A stretch of 64,000 bases of DNA, taken from positions 374,046,001 to 374,110,000 of the forward strand of contig OZ024741.1 of the NCBI GenBank assembly GCA_964016885.1, written 5' to 3'. Position numbers and translations under genes: made by a program. Origin of the DNA: Eledone cirrhosa. Its lineage: Eukaryota. Below the pieces are notes generated by a model. That model did no database searches. It was not told the DNA's origin and saw only the letters and a program-made list of their open reading frames with translations. Shown in pieces: positions 14,899 to 28,700 of the stretch (within the stretch, counting starts at the first letter, position 1; every line of letters begins with the position of its first letter).

Positions 14899-17794
14899 AG
14901 CAGTAATTACCAATAGTTTAATACTAACTACAATAGCAGTCATTACCAATAGTTTAATACTAACTACAACAGCAATAATTACCAATAGTTTAATACTAAC
15001 TACAATAGCAGTAATTACCAATAGTTTAATACTAACTACAGTAGGAGTAATTACCAATAGTTTAATACTAACTACAGTAGCAGTAATTACCTATAGTTTA
15101 ATACTAACTACAGTAGCAGTAATTACCAATAGTATAATACTAACTACAGTAGCAGTAATTACCAATAGTTTAATACTAACTACAATAGCAGTAATTACCA
15201 ATAGTTTAATACTAACTACAGTAACAGTAATTACCAATAGTTTAATACTAACTACAATAGCAGTAATTACCCATAGTTTAATACTAGATACAATAGCAGT
15301 AATTACCAATAGTTTAATACTAACTACAGTAGCAGTAATTACCAATAGTTTAATACTAACTACAGTAGCAGTAATTACCAATAGTTTAATACTAACTACA
15401 ATAGCAGTAATTACCAATAGTTTAATACTAACTACAGTAGCAGTAATTACCAATAGTTTAATACTAACTACGGTAGCAGTAATTACCAATAGTTTAATAC
15501 TAACTACAATAGAAGTAATTTTCAATAGTTTAATCCTAACTACAGTAGCAGTATTTACCAATAGTTTAATACTAACTACAATAGCAGTAATTGCCAATAG
15601 TTTAATACTAACTACAATAGCAGTAATTACCAATAGTTTAATACTAACTACAGTAGTAGTAATTACCAATAGTTTAATACTATCTACAATAGCAGTAATT
15701 ACCAATAGTTTAATACTAACTACAGTAGCAGTAATTACCAATAGTTTAATACTAACTACAATAGAAGTAATTACCAATAGTTTAATACTAACTACAGTAG
15801 CAGTAATTACCAATAGTTTAATACTAACTACAGTAGCAGTAATTATAAATAGTTTAATACTGACTACAATAGCAGTAATTACCAATAGTTTAATACTAAC
15901 TACAATAGCAGTAATTACCAATAGTTTAATACTAACTAGAGTAGCAGTAATTACCAATAGTTTAATACTAACTACAGTATCAGTAATTACCAATAGATTA
16001 ATACTAACTGCAACAGCAGTAATTACCAATAGTTTAATACTAACTACAATAGCAGTAATTACCAATAGTTTAATACTAACTACAGTAGCAGTAATTATAA
16101 ATAGTTTAATACTGACTACAATAGCAGTAATTACCAATAGTTTAATACTAACTACAATAGCAGTAATTACCAATAGTTTAATACTAACTACAGTATCAGT
16201 AATTACCAATAGATTAATACTAACTGCAACAGCAGTAATTACCAATAGTTTAATACTAACTACAATAGCAGTAATTACCAATAGTTTAATACTAACTACA
16301 GTAACAGTAATTACCATTAGTTTAATACTAACTAAAGTAGCAGTAATTGCCAATAGTTTAATACTAACTACAATAGTTGTAATTACCAATAGTTTAATAC
16401 TAACTACAATAGCAGTAATTACCAATAGTTTAATACTAACTAAAGTAGCAGTAATTACCAATAGTTTAATACTAACTAAAACAGCAGTAATTACCAATAG
16501 TTTAATACTAACTAAAACAGCAGTGATTACCAATAGTTTAATACTAACTACAGTAGCAGTAATTACCAATAGTTTAATACTAACTACAGTAGCAGTAATT
16601 ACCAATAGTTTAATACTAACTACAGTAGCAGTAATTACCAATATTTTAATACTAACTACAATAGCAGTAATTACCAATAGTTTAATACTAACTACAGTAG
16701 CAGTAATTACCAATAGTTTAATACTAACTACAATAGCAGTAATTACCAATAGTTTAATACTAACTACAGTAGCAGTAATTACCAATAGTTTAATACTAAC
16801 TACAGTAGCAGTAATTACCAATAGTTTAATACTAACTACAATAGCAGTAATTACCAATAGTTTAATACTAATTACAGTAGTAGTAATTACCAATAGTTTA
16901 ATACTAACTACAATAGCACTAATTACCAATAGTTTAATACTAACTACAGTAGCAGTAATTACCAATAGTTTAATACTAACTACAATAGAAGTAATTACCA
17001 ATAGTTTAATACTAACTACAGTAGCAGTAATTACCAATAGTTTAATACTAACTACAGTAGCAGTAATTATAAATAGTTTAATACTGACTACAATAGCAGA
17101 AATTACCAATAGTTTAATACTAACTACAATAGCAGTAATTACCAATAGTTTAATACTAACTAGAGTAGCAGTAATTACCAATAGTTTAATACTAACTACA
17201 GTATCAGTAATTACCAATAGATTAATACTAACTGCAACAGCAGTAATTACCAATAGTTTAATACTAACTACAATAGCAGTAATTACCAATAGTTTAATAC
17301 TAACTACAGTAGCAGTAATTACCAATAGTTTAATACTAACTACAATAGCAATAATTACCATCAGTTTAATACTAACTACAATAGCAGTAATTACCAATAG
17401 TTTAATACTAACTACAGTAACAGTAATTACCATTAGTTTAATACTAACTAAAGTAGCAGTAATTGCCAATAGTTTAATACTAACTACAATAGTTGTAATT
17501 ACCAATAGTTTAATACTAACTACAATAGCAGTAATTACCAATAGTTTAATACTAACTAAAGTAGCAGTAATTACCAATAGTTTAATACTAACTAAAACAG
17601 CAGTAATTACCAATAGTTTAATACTAACTAAAACAGCAGTGATTACCAATAGGTTAATACAAACTAGAGTAGCAGTAATTACCAATAGATTAATACTAAA
17701 TACAATAGCAGTAATTACCAATAGTTTAATACTAACTAGAGTAGCAGTAATTACCAATAGTTTAACACTAACTACAGTAGCAGTAATTACCAAT

Positions 17795-17865
17795 CAGTAG
17801 TAGTAGTAGTAGTAGTAGTAGTAGCATTAGTATTAGTAGTAGTAGTAGTGGTAGTAGTCGTAGTC

Positions 17866-17902
<37 letters not shown>

Positions 17903-17937
17903 CAGTAGTAGTAGTAGTAGCAGTAGTAGCAACAGCG
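17795..17937. repeat. Compound (GTA)n microsatellite island, copy 2 (143 bp)
   Basis: Same interruptions and junctions as copy 1; long tract is (GTA)12. Confidence 0.97.
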
Positions 17938-20615
17938 AGCAGTAATTACCAATAGTTTAATACTAACTACAATAGCAGTCATTACCAATAGTTTAATACT
18001 AACTACAACAGCAATAATTACCAATAGTTTAATACTAACTACAATAGCAGTAATTACCAATAGTTTAATACTAACTACAGTAGGAGTAATTACCAATAGT
18101 TTAATACTAACTACAGTAGCAGTAATTACCTATAGTTTAATACTAACTACAGTAGCAGTAATTACCAATAGTATAATACTAACTACAGTAGCAGTAATTA
18201 CCAATAGTTTAATACTAACTACAATAGCAGTAATTACCAATAGTTTAATACTAACTACAGTAACAGTAATTACCAATAGTTTAATACTAACTACAATAGC
18301 AGTAATTACCCATAGTTTAATACTAGATACAATAGCAGTAATTACCAATAGTTTAATACTAACTACAGTAGCAGTAATTACCAATAGTTTAATACTAACT
18401 ACAGTAGCAGTAATTACCAATAGTTTAATACTAACTACAATAGCAGTAATTACCAATAGTTTAATACTAACTACAGTAGCAGTAATTACCAATAGTTTAA
18501 TACTAACTACGGTAGCAGTAATTACCAATAGTTTAATACTAACTACAACACCAGTAATTACCAATGGTTTAATACTAAATACGGTAGCAGTAATTACCAA
18601 TATTTTAATACTAACTACGGTAGCAGTAATTACCATAGTTTAATACTAACTACAATAGCAGTAAGTGCCAATAATTTAATACTAACTACAATAGCAGTAA
18701 CTACCAATAGTTTAATACTAACTACAGTAGCGGTAATTACCAATAGTTTAATACTAACTACAGTAGCAGTAAATACCAATAGTTTAATACTAACTACAAT
18801 AGCAGTAATTACCAATAGTTTAATACTAACTACAGTAGCAGTAATTACCAATAGTTTAATACTAACTAAAGTACCAGTAATTACCAATAGTTTAATACTA
18901 ACTACTGTAGCAATAATTTCCAATAGTTTAATACCAATTACAACAGCAGTAATTACCAATAATTTAATACTAACTACAGTAGCAGTAATTACCAATAGTT
19001 TAATACTAACTACAGTAGCAGTAATTACAAATAGTTTAATACTAACTACAATAGCAGTAATTACCAATAGTTTAATACTATCTACAACAGCAGTAATTAC
19101 CAATAGTTTAATACTAACTACAGTAGCAGTAATTACAAATAGTTTAATACTATCTACAACAGCAGTAATTACCAGTAGTTTAATACTAACTACAACAGCA
19201 GTAATTACCAGTAGTTTAATACTAACTACAGTAGCAGTAATTACCAGTAGTTTAATACTAACTACAATAGCAGTAATTACCAATAGTTTAATACTAACTA
19301 CAATAGAAGTAATTTGCCATAGTTTAATACTAACTACAGTAGCAGTATTTACCAATAGTTTAATACTAACTACAATAGCAGTAATTGCCAATAGTTTAAT
19401 ACTAACTACAATAGCAGTAATTACCAATAGTTTAATACTAACTACAGTAGCAGTAATTACCAATAGTTTAATACTAACTACAGTAGCAGTAATTACCAAT
19501 AGTTTAATACTAACTACAATAGCAGTAATTACCAATAGTTTAATACTAACTACAATAGAAGTAATTACCAATAGTTTAATACTAACTACTGTAGCAGTAA
19601 TTACCAATAGTTTAATACTAACTACAATAGCAGTAATTACCAATAGTTTAATACTAACTACAGTAGCAGTAATTACCAATAGTTTAATACTAACTACAAT
19701 AGCAGTAATTACCAATAGTTTAATACTAACTACAATAGCACTAACTACCAATAGTTTAATACTAACTACAGTAGTAGTTATTACCAATAGTTTAATACTA
19801 ACTACAGTACCAGTAATTACCAATAGTTTAATACTAACTACAGTAGCAGTAATTTCCAATAGTTTAATACTAATTACAACAGCAGTAATTACCAATAATT
19901 TAATACTAACTACAGTAGCAGTAATTACCAATAGTTTAATACTAACTACAATAGCAGTAATTACCAATATTTAATACTAACTACAATAGCAGTAATTACC
20001 AATAGTTTAATACTAACTACAGTAGCAGTAATTACCAATAGTTTAATACTAACTACAGTAGCAGTAATTACCAGTAGTTTAATACTAACTGCAGTAGCAG
20101 TAATTACCAATAGTTTAATACTAACCACAGTAGCAGTAATTACCAATAGTTTAATACTAACTACAATAGCAGTAATTACCAATAGTTTAATACTAACTAC
20201 AATAGCAGTAATTACCAATATTTTAATACTAACTACAGTAGCACTAATTACAAATAGTTTAATACTAACTACAATAGCAGTAATTACCAATAGTTTAATA
20301 CAATCTACAACAGCAGTGATTACCAATAGATTAATACTAACTACAGTAGCAGTAATTACAAATAGTTTAATACTGACTAAAATAGCAGTAATTACCAATA
20401 GTTTAATACTAACTACAATAGCAGTAATTTCCAATAGTTTAATACTAACTACAGTAGCAGTAATTACCAATAGGTTAATACAAACTAGAGTAGCAGTAAT
20501 TACCAATAGTTTAATACTAAATACAATAGCAGTAATTACCAATAGTTTAATACTAACTAGAGTAGCAGTAATTACCAATAGTTTAACATTAACTACAGTA
20601 GCAGTAATTACCAAT

Positions 20616-20686
20616 CAGTAGTAGTAGTAGTAGTAGTAGTAGTAGCATTAGTATTAGTAGTAGTAGTAGTGGTAGTAGTCGTAGTC

Positions 20687-20741
<55 letters not shown>

Positions 20742-20794
20742 CAGTAGTAGTAGTAGTAGCAGTAGTAGTAGTAGTAGCAGTAGTAGCAACAGCG
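20616..20794. repeat. Compound (GTA)n microsatellite island, copy 3 (179 bp)
   Basis: Same junctions; extra GCA(GTA)5 block and a longer main tract. Confidence 0.97.
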
Positions 20795-23700
20795 AGCAGT
20801 AATTACCAATAGTTTAATACTAACTACAATAGCAGTCATTACCAATAGTTTAATACTAACTACAACAGCAATAATTACCAATAGTTTAATACTAACTACA
20901 ATAGCAGTAATTACCAATAGTTTAATACTAACTACAGTAGGAGTAATTACCAATAGTTTAATACTAACTACAGTAGCAGTAATTACCTATAGTTTAATAC
21001 TAACTACAGTAGCAGTAATTACCAATAGTATAATACTAACTACAGTAGCAGTAATTACCAATAGTTTAATACTAACTACAATAGCAGTAATTACCAATAG
21101 TTTAATACTAACTACAGTAACAGTAATTACCAATAGTTTAATACTAACTACAATAGCAGTAATTACCCATAGTTTAATACTAGATACAATAGCAGTAATT
21201 ACCAATAGTTTAATACTAACTACAGTAGCAGTAATTACCAATAGTTTAATACTAACTACAGTAGCAGTAATTACCAATAGTTTAATACTAACTACAATAG
21301 CAGTAATTACCAATAGTTTAATACTAACTACAGTAGCAGTAATTACCAATAGCTTAATACTAACTACGGTAGCAGTAATTACCAATAGTTTAATACTAAC
21401 TACAACACCAGTAATTACCAATGGTTTAATACTAAATAAGGTAGCAGTAATTACCAATATTTTAATACTAACTACGGTAGCAGTAATTACCATAGTTTAA
21501 TACTAACTACAATAGCAGTAATTGCCAATAGTTTAATACTAACTACAATAGCAGTAACTACCAATAGTTTAATACTAACTACAGTAGCGGTAATTACCAA
21601 TAGTTTAATACTAACTACAGTAGCAGTAAATACCAATAGTTTAATACTAACTACAATAGCAGTAATTACCAATAGTTTAATACTAACTACAATAGCAGTA
21701 ATTACCAATAGTTTAATACTAACTAAAGTAGCAGTAATTACCAATAGTTTAATACTAACTACAGTAGCAGTAATTACCAATAATTTAATACTAACTACAA
21801 TAGCAGTAATTGCCAATAGTTTAATACTAACTACAATAGCAGTAATTACCAATAGTTTAATACTAACTACAGTAGCAGTAATTACCAATAGTTTAATACT
21901 AACTATGGTAGCAGTAATTACCAATAGTTTAATACTAACTACAACAACAGTAATTACCAATGGTTTAATACTAACTACAGTAACAGTAATTACCAATAGT
22001 TTAATACTAACTACAATAGCAGTAATTACCCATAGTTTAATACTAGATACAATAGCAGTAATTACCAATAGTTTAATACTAACTACAGTAACAGTAATTA
22101 CCAATAGTTTAATACTAACTACAATAACAGTAATTACCCATAGTTTAATACTAGATACAATAGCAGTAATTACCAATAGTTTAATACTAACTACAGTAGC
22201 AGTAATTACCAATAGTTTAATACTAACTACAGTAGCAGTAATTACCAATAGTTTAATACTAACTACAGTAGCAGTAATTACCAATAGTTTAATACTAACT
22301 ACAATAGCAGTAATTGCCAATAGTTTAATACTAACTAAAATAGCAGTAATTTCCAATAGTTTAATACTAACTACAGTAGCAGTAACTACCTATAGTTTAA
22401 TACTAACTACAGTGGCAGTAATTACCAATAGTTTAATACTAACTACAGTAGCAGTAATTACCCATAGTTTAATACTAGATACAATATCAGTAATTACCAA
22501 TAGTTTAATACTAACTACAGTAGCAGTAATTACCAATAGTTTAATACTAACTACAGTAGCAGTAATTACCAATAGTTTAATACTAACTACAATAGCAGTA
22601 ATTACCAATAGTTTAATACTAACTACAGTAGCAGTAATTACCAATAGGTTAATACTAACTACGGTAGCAGTAATTACCAATAGTTTAATACTAACTACAA
22701 CAGCAGTAATTACCAATGGTTTAATACTAACTACAGTAGCAGTAATTACCAATATTTTAACACTAACTACGGTAGCAGTAATTACCAATAGTTTAATACT
22801 AACTACAATAGCAGTAATTACCAATAGTTTAATACTAACTACAATAGCAGTAATTACCAATAGTTTAATACTAACTAAAGTAGCAGTAATTACCAATAGT
22901 TTAATACTAACTACAGTAGCAGTAATTACCAATAATTTAATACTAACTACAATAGCAGTAATTGCCAATAGTTTAATACTAACTACAATAGCAGTAATTA
23001 CCAATAGTTTAATACTAACTACAGTAGCAGTAATTGCCAATAGTTTAATACTAACTACAATAGCAGTAATTACCAATAGTTTAATACTAACTATGGTAGC
23101 AGTAATTACCAATAGTTTAATACTAACTACAACAACAGTAATTACCAATGGTTTAATACTAACTACAGTAACAGTAATTACCAATAGTTTAATACTAACT
23201 ACAATAGCAGTAATTACCCATAGTTTAATACTAGATACAATAGCAGTAATTACCAATAGTTTAATACTAACTACAGTAACAGTAATTACCAATAGTTTAA
23301 TACTAACTACAATAACAGTAATTACCCATAGTTTAATACTAGATACAATAGCAGTAATTACCAATAGTTTAATACTAACTACAGTAGCAGTAATTACCAA
23401 TAGTTTAATACTAACTACAGTAGCAGTAATTACCAATAGTTTAATACTAACTACAGTAGCAGTAATTACCAATAGTTTAATACTAACTACAATAGCAGTA
23501 ATTGCCAATAGTTTAATACTAACTAAAATAGCAGTAATTTCCAATAGTTTAATACTAACTACAGTAGCAGTAACTACCTATAGTTTAATACTAACTACAG
23601 TGGCAGTAATTACCAATAGTTTAATACTAACTACAGTAGCAGTAATTACCAATAGTTTAATACTAACTACAATAGCAGTAATTACCAATAGTTTAATACT

Positions 23701-25596
23701 AACTACAGTAACAGTAATTACCAATAGTTTAATACTAACTACAATAGCAGTAATTACCCATAGTTTAATACTAGATACAATATCAGTAATTACCAATAGT
23801 TTAATACTAACTACAGTAGCAGTAATTACCAATAGTTTAATACTAACTACAGTAGCAGTAATTACCAATAGTTTAATACTAACTACAATAGCAGTAATTA
23901 CCAATAGTTTAATACTAACTACAGTAGCAGTAATTACCAATAGGTCAATACTAACTACGGTAGCAGTAATTACCAATGGTTTAATACTAACTACAGTAGC
24001 AGTAATTACCAATATTTTAACACTAACTACGGTAGCAGTAATTACCAATAGTTTAATACTAACTACAGTAGCAGTAATTGCCAATAGTTTAATACTAACT
24101 ACAGTAGCAGTAATTACCAATAGTTTAATACTAACTACAATAGCAGTAATTACCAATAGTTTAGTACTAACTACAATAGAAGTAATTACCAATAGTTTAA
24201 TACTAACTACAGTAGCAGTAATTACCAATAGTTTAATACTAACTACAATAGCAGTAATTACCAATAGTTTAATACTAACTACAATAGCAGTAATTACCAA
24301 TAGTTTAATACTAACTACAGTAGCAGTAATTACAAATAGCTAATACTAACTACAATAGAAGTAATTACCAATAGTTTAATACTATCTACAACAACAGTAA
24401 TTACCAATAGTTTAATACTAACTACAATAGCAGTAATTACCAATAGTTTAATACTAACTACAATAGCAGTAATTACCAATAGTTTAATACTAACTACAGT
24501 AGCAGTAATTACCAATAGTTTAATACTAACTACAACAGCAGTAATTACCAATAGTTTAATACTAACTACAGTAGCAGTAATTACCAGTAGTTTAATACTA
24601 ACTACAATAGCAGTAATTACCAATAGTTTAATACTAACTACAATAGAAGTAATTACCAATAGTTTAATACTAACTACAGCAGCAGTATTTCCCAATAGTT
24701 TAATACTAACTACAATAGCAGTAATTACCAATAGTTTAATACTAACTACAGTAGCAGTAATTACCAATAGTTTAATACTAACTACAACAGCAGTAATTGC
24801 CAATAGTTTAATACTAACTACAGTAGCAGTAATTACCAATAGATTAATACTAACTACAGTAGCAGTAATTACCAATAGTTTAATACTAACTACAGTAGCA
24901 GTAATTACCAATAGTTTAATACTAACTACAGTACCAGTAATTACAAATAGTTTAATACTAACTACAGTAGCAGTAATTTCCAATAGTTTAATACTAATTA
25001 CGACAGCAGTAATTACCAATAATTTAATACTAACTACAGTAGCAGTAATTACCAATACTTTAATACTAACTACAATAGCAGTAATTACCAATAGTTTAAT
25101 ACTAACTACAATAGCAGTAATTACCAATAGTTTAATACTAACTACAGTAGCAGTAATTACCAATAGTTTAATACTAACTACAGTAGCAGTAATTACCAAT
25201 AGTTTAATACTAACTACAATAGCAGTAATTACCAATAGTTTAATACTAAGTACAGTAGCAGTAATTACCAATAGTTTAATACTAACTACAATAGCAGTAA
25301 TTACCAATAGTTTAATACTAACTACAGTAGCAGTAATTACCAATAGTTTAATACTAACTACAGTAGCAGTAATTACCAATAGTTTAATACTAACTACAAT
25401 AGCAGTAATTACCAATAGTTTAATACTATCTACAATAGCAGTAATTACCAATAGTTTAATACTAACTAAAGTAGCAGTAATTACCAATAGTTTAATACTA
25501 AATACAATAGCAGTAATTACCAATAGTTTAATACTAACTAGAGTAGCAGTAATTACCAATAGTTTAACACTAACTACAGTAGCAGTAATTACCAAT

Positions 25597-25664
25597 CAGT
25601 AGTAGTAGTAGTAGTAGTAGTAGCATTAGTATTAGTAGTAGTAGTAGTGGTAGTAGTCGTAGTC

Positions 25665-25710
<46 letters not shown>

Positions 25711-25766
25711 CAGTAGTAGTAGTAGTAGCAGTAGTAGTAGTAGTAGTAGCAGTAGTAGCAACAGCG
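25597..25766. repeat. Compound (GTA)n microsatellite island, copy 4 (170 bp)
   Basis: Same junctions; shares the extra GCA block with copy 3. Confidence 0.97.
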
Positions 25767-28700
25767 AGCAGTAATTACCAATAGTTTAATACTAACTACA
25801 ATAGCAGTCATTACCAATAGTTTAATACTAACTACAACAGCAATAATTACCAATAGTTTAATACTAACTACAATAGCAGTAATTACCAATAGTTTAATAC
25901 TAACTACAGTAGGAGTAATTACCAATAGTTTAATACTAACTACAGTAGCAGTAATTACCTATAGTTTAATACTAACTACAGTAGCAGTAATTACCAATAG
26001 TATAATACTAACTACAGTAGCAGTAATTACCAATAGTTTAATACTAACTACAATAGCAGTAATTACCAATAGTTTAATACTAACTACAGTAACAGTAATT
26101 ACCAATAGTTTAATACTAACTACAATAGCAGTAATTACCCATAGTTTAATACTAGATACAATAGCAGTAATTACCAATAGTTTAATACTAACTACAGTAG
26201 CAGTAATTACCAATAGTTTAATACTAACTACAGTAGCAGTAATTACCAATAGTTTAATACTAACTACAATAGCAGTAATTACCAATAGTTTAATACTAAC
26301 TACAGTAGCAGTAATTACCAATAGTTTAATACTAACTACGGTAGCAGTAATTACCAATAGTTTAATACTAACTACAACACCAGTAATTACCAATGGTTTA
26401 ATACTAAATACGGTAGCAGTAATTACCAATATTTTAATACTAACTAAAGTAGCAGTAATTACCAATAGTTTAATACTAACTACAGTAGCAGTAATTACCA
26501 ATAATTTAATACTAACTACAATAGCAGTAATTGCCAATAATTTAATACTAACTACAATAGCAGTAATTACCAATAGTTTAATACTAACTACAGTAACAGT
26601 AATTACCAATAGTTTAATACTAACTACAGTAACAGTAATTACCAATAGTTTAATACTAACTACAATAGCAGTAATTACCCATAGTTTAATACTAGATACA
26701 ATAGCAGTAATTACCAATAGTTTAATACTAACTACAGTAGCAGTAATTACCAATAGTTTAATACGAACTACGGTAGCAGTAATTACCATAGTTTAATACT
26801 AACTACAATAGCAGTAATTGCCAATAGTTTAATACTAACTACAATAGCAGTAACTACCAATAGTTTAATATTAACTACAGTAGCGGTAATTACCAATAGT
26901 TTAATACTAACTACAGTAGCAGTAAATACCAATAGTTTAATACTAACTACAATAGCAGTAATTACCAATAGTTTAATACTAACTAAAGTAGCAGTAATTA
27001 CCAATAGTTTAATACTAACTACAGTAGCAGTAATTACCAATAATTTAATACTAACTACAATAGCAGTAATTGCCAATAGTTTAATACTAACTACAATAGC
27101 AGTAATTACCAATAGTTTAATACTAACTACAGTAGCAGTAATTGCCAATAGTTTAATACTAACTACAATAGCAGTAATTACCAATAATTTAATACTAACT
27201 ACAGTAGCAGTAATTACCAATAGTTTAATACTAACTATGGTAGCAGTAATTACCAATAGTTTAATACTAACTACAACAACAGTAATTACCAATGGTTTAA
27301 TACTAACTACAGTAACAGTAATTACCAATAGTTTAATACTAACTACAATAGCAGTAATTACCCATAGTTTAATACTAGATACAATAGCAGTAATTACCAA
27401 TAGTTTAATACTAACTACAGTAACAGTAATTACCAATAGTTTAATACTAACTACAATAACAGTAATTACCCATAGTTTAATACTAGATACAATAGCAGTA
27501 ATTACCAATAGTTTAATACTAACTACAGTAGCAGTAATTGCCAATAGTTTAATACTAAGTACATAGCAGTAATTACCAATAGTTTAATACTAACTACAAT
27601 AGCAGTAATTACCAATAGTTTAATACTAACTACAGTAGCAGTAATTACCAATAGTTTAATACTAACTACGGTAGCAGTAATTACCAATAGTTTAATACTA
27701 ACTACAGTAGCAGTAATTACCAATAGTTTAATACTAACTACAATAGCAGTAATTACCAATAGTTTAATACTAACTACAGTAGCAGTAATTACCAATAGTT
27801 TAATACTAACTACAGTAGCAGTAATTACCAATAGTTTAATACTAACTACAATAGCAGTAATTGCCAATAGTTTAATACTAACTAAAATAGCAGTAATTTC
27901 CAATAGTTTAATACTAACTACAGTAGCAGTAACTACCTATAGTTTAATACTAACTACAGTGGCAGTAATTACCAATAGTTTAATACTAACTACAGTAGCA
28001 GTAATTACCAATAGTTTAATACTAACTACAATAGCAGTAATTACCAATAGTTTAATACTAACTACAGTAACAGTAATTACCAATAGTTTAATACTAACTA
28101 CAATAGCAGTAATTACCCATAGTTTAATACTAGATACAATATCAGTAATTACCAATAGTTTAATACTAACTACAGTAGCAGTAATTACCAATAGTTTAAT
28201 ACTAACTACAGTAGCAGTAATTACCAATAGTTTAATACTAACTACATTAGCAGTAATTGCCAATAGTTTAATACTAACTACAGTAGCACTAATTACCAAT
28301 AGGTTAATACTAACTACGGTAGCAGTAATTACCAATAGTTTAATACTAACTACAACAGCAGTAATTACCAATGGTTTAATACTAACTACAGTAGCAGTAA
28401 TTACCAATATTTGAACACTAACTACGGTAGCAGTAATTACCAATAGTTTAATACTAAGTACAATAGCAGTAATTGCCAATAGTTTAATACTAACTACAAT
28501 AGCAGTAATTACCAATAGTTTAATACTAACTACAGTAGCAGTAATTACCAATAGTTTAATACTAACTACAGTAGCAGTAATTACCAATAGTTTAATACTA
28601 ACTACAATAGCAGTAATTACCAATAGTTTAGTACTAACTACAATAGAAGTAATTACCAATAGTTTAATACTAACTACAGTAGCAGTAATTACCAATAGTT

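Larger units (their letters stand above)
12469..18540. repeat. Near-perfect tandem duplication of a 3033-bp unit (80 monomers plus the island-bearing monomer)
   Basis: Identical 425-aa translations at 13490 and 16523 (offset 3033). Rare variants match from about 12469/15502 to about 15500/18540, and the offset becomes 3039 after the island. Confidence 0.92.

Noticed and set aside
14762-25766. (GTA)n islands as interstitial telomeric repeats
   Set aside because: They are trinucleotide tracts with no TTAGG or TTAGGG-type units.
14800-25925. Poly-Tyr and poly-Leu ORFs
   Set aside because: Translations of the (GTA)n/(TAC)n islands.
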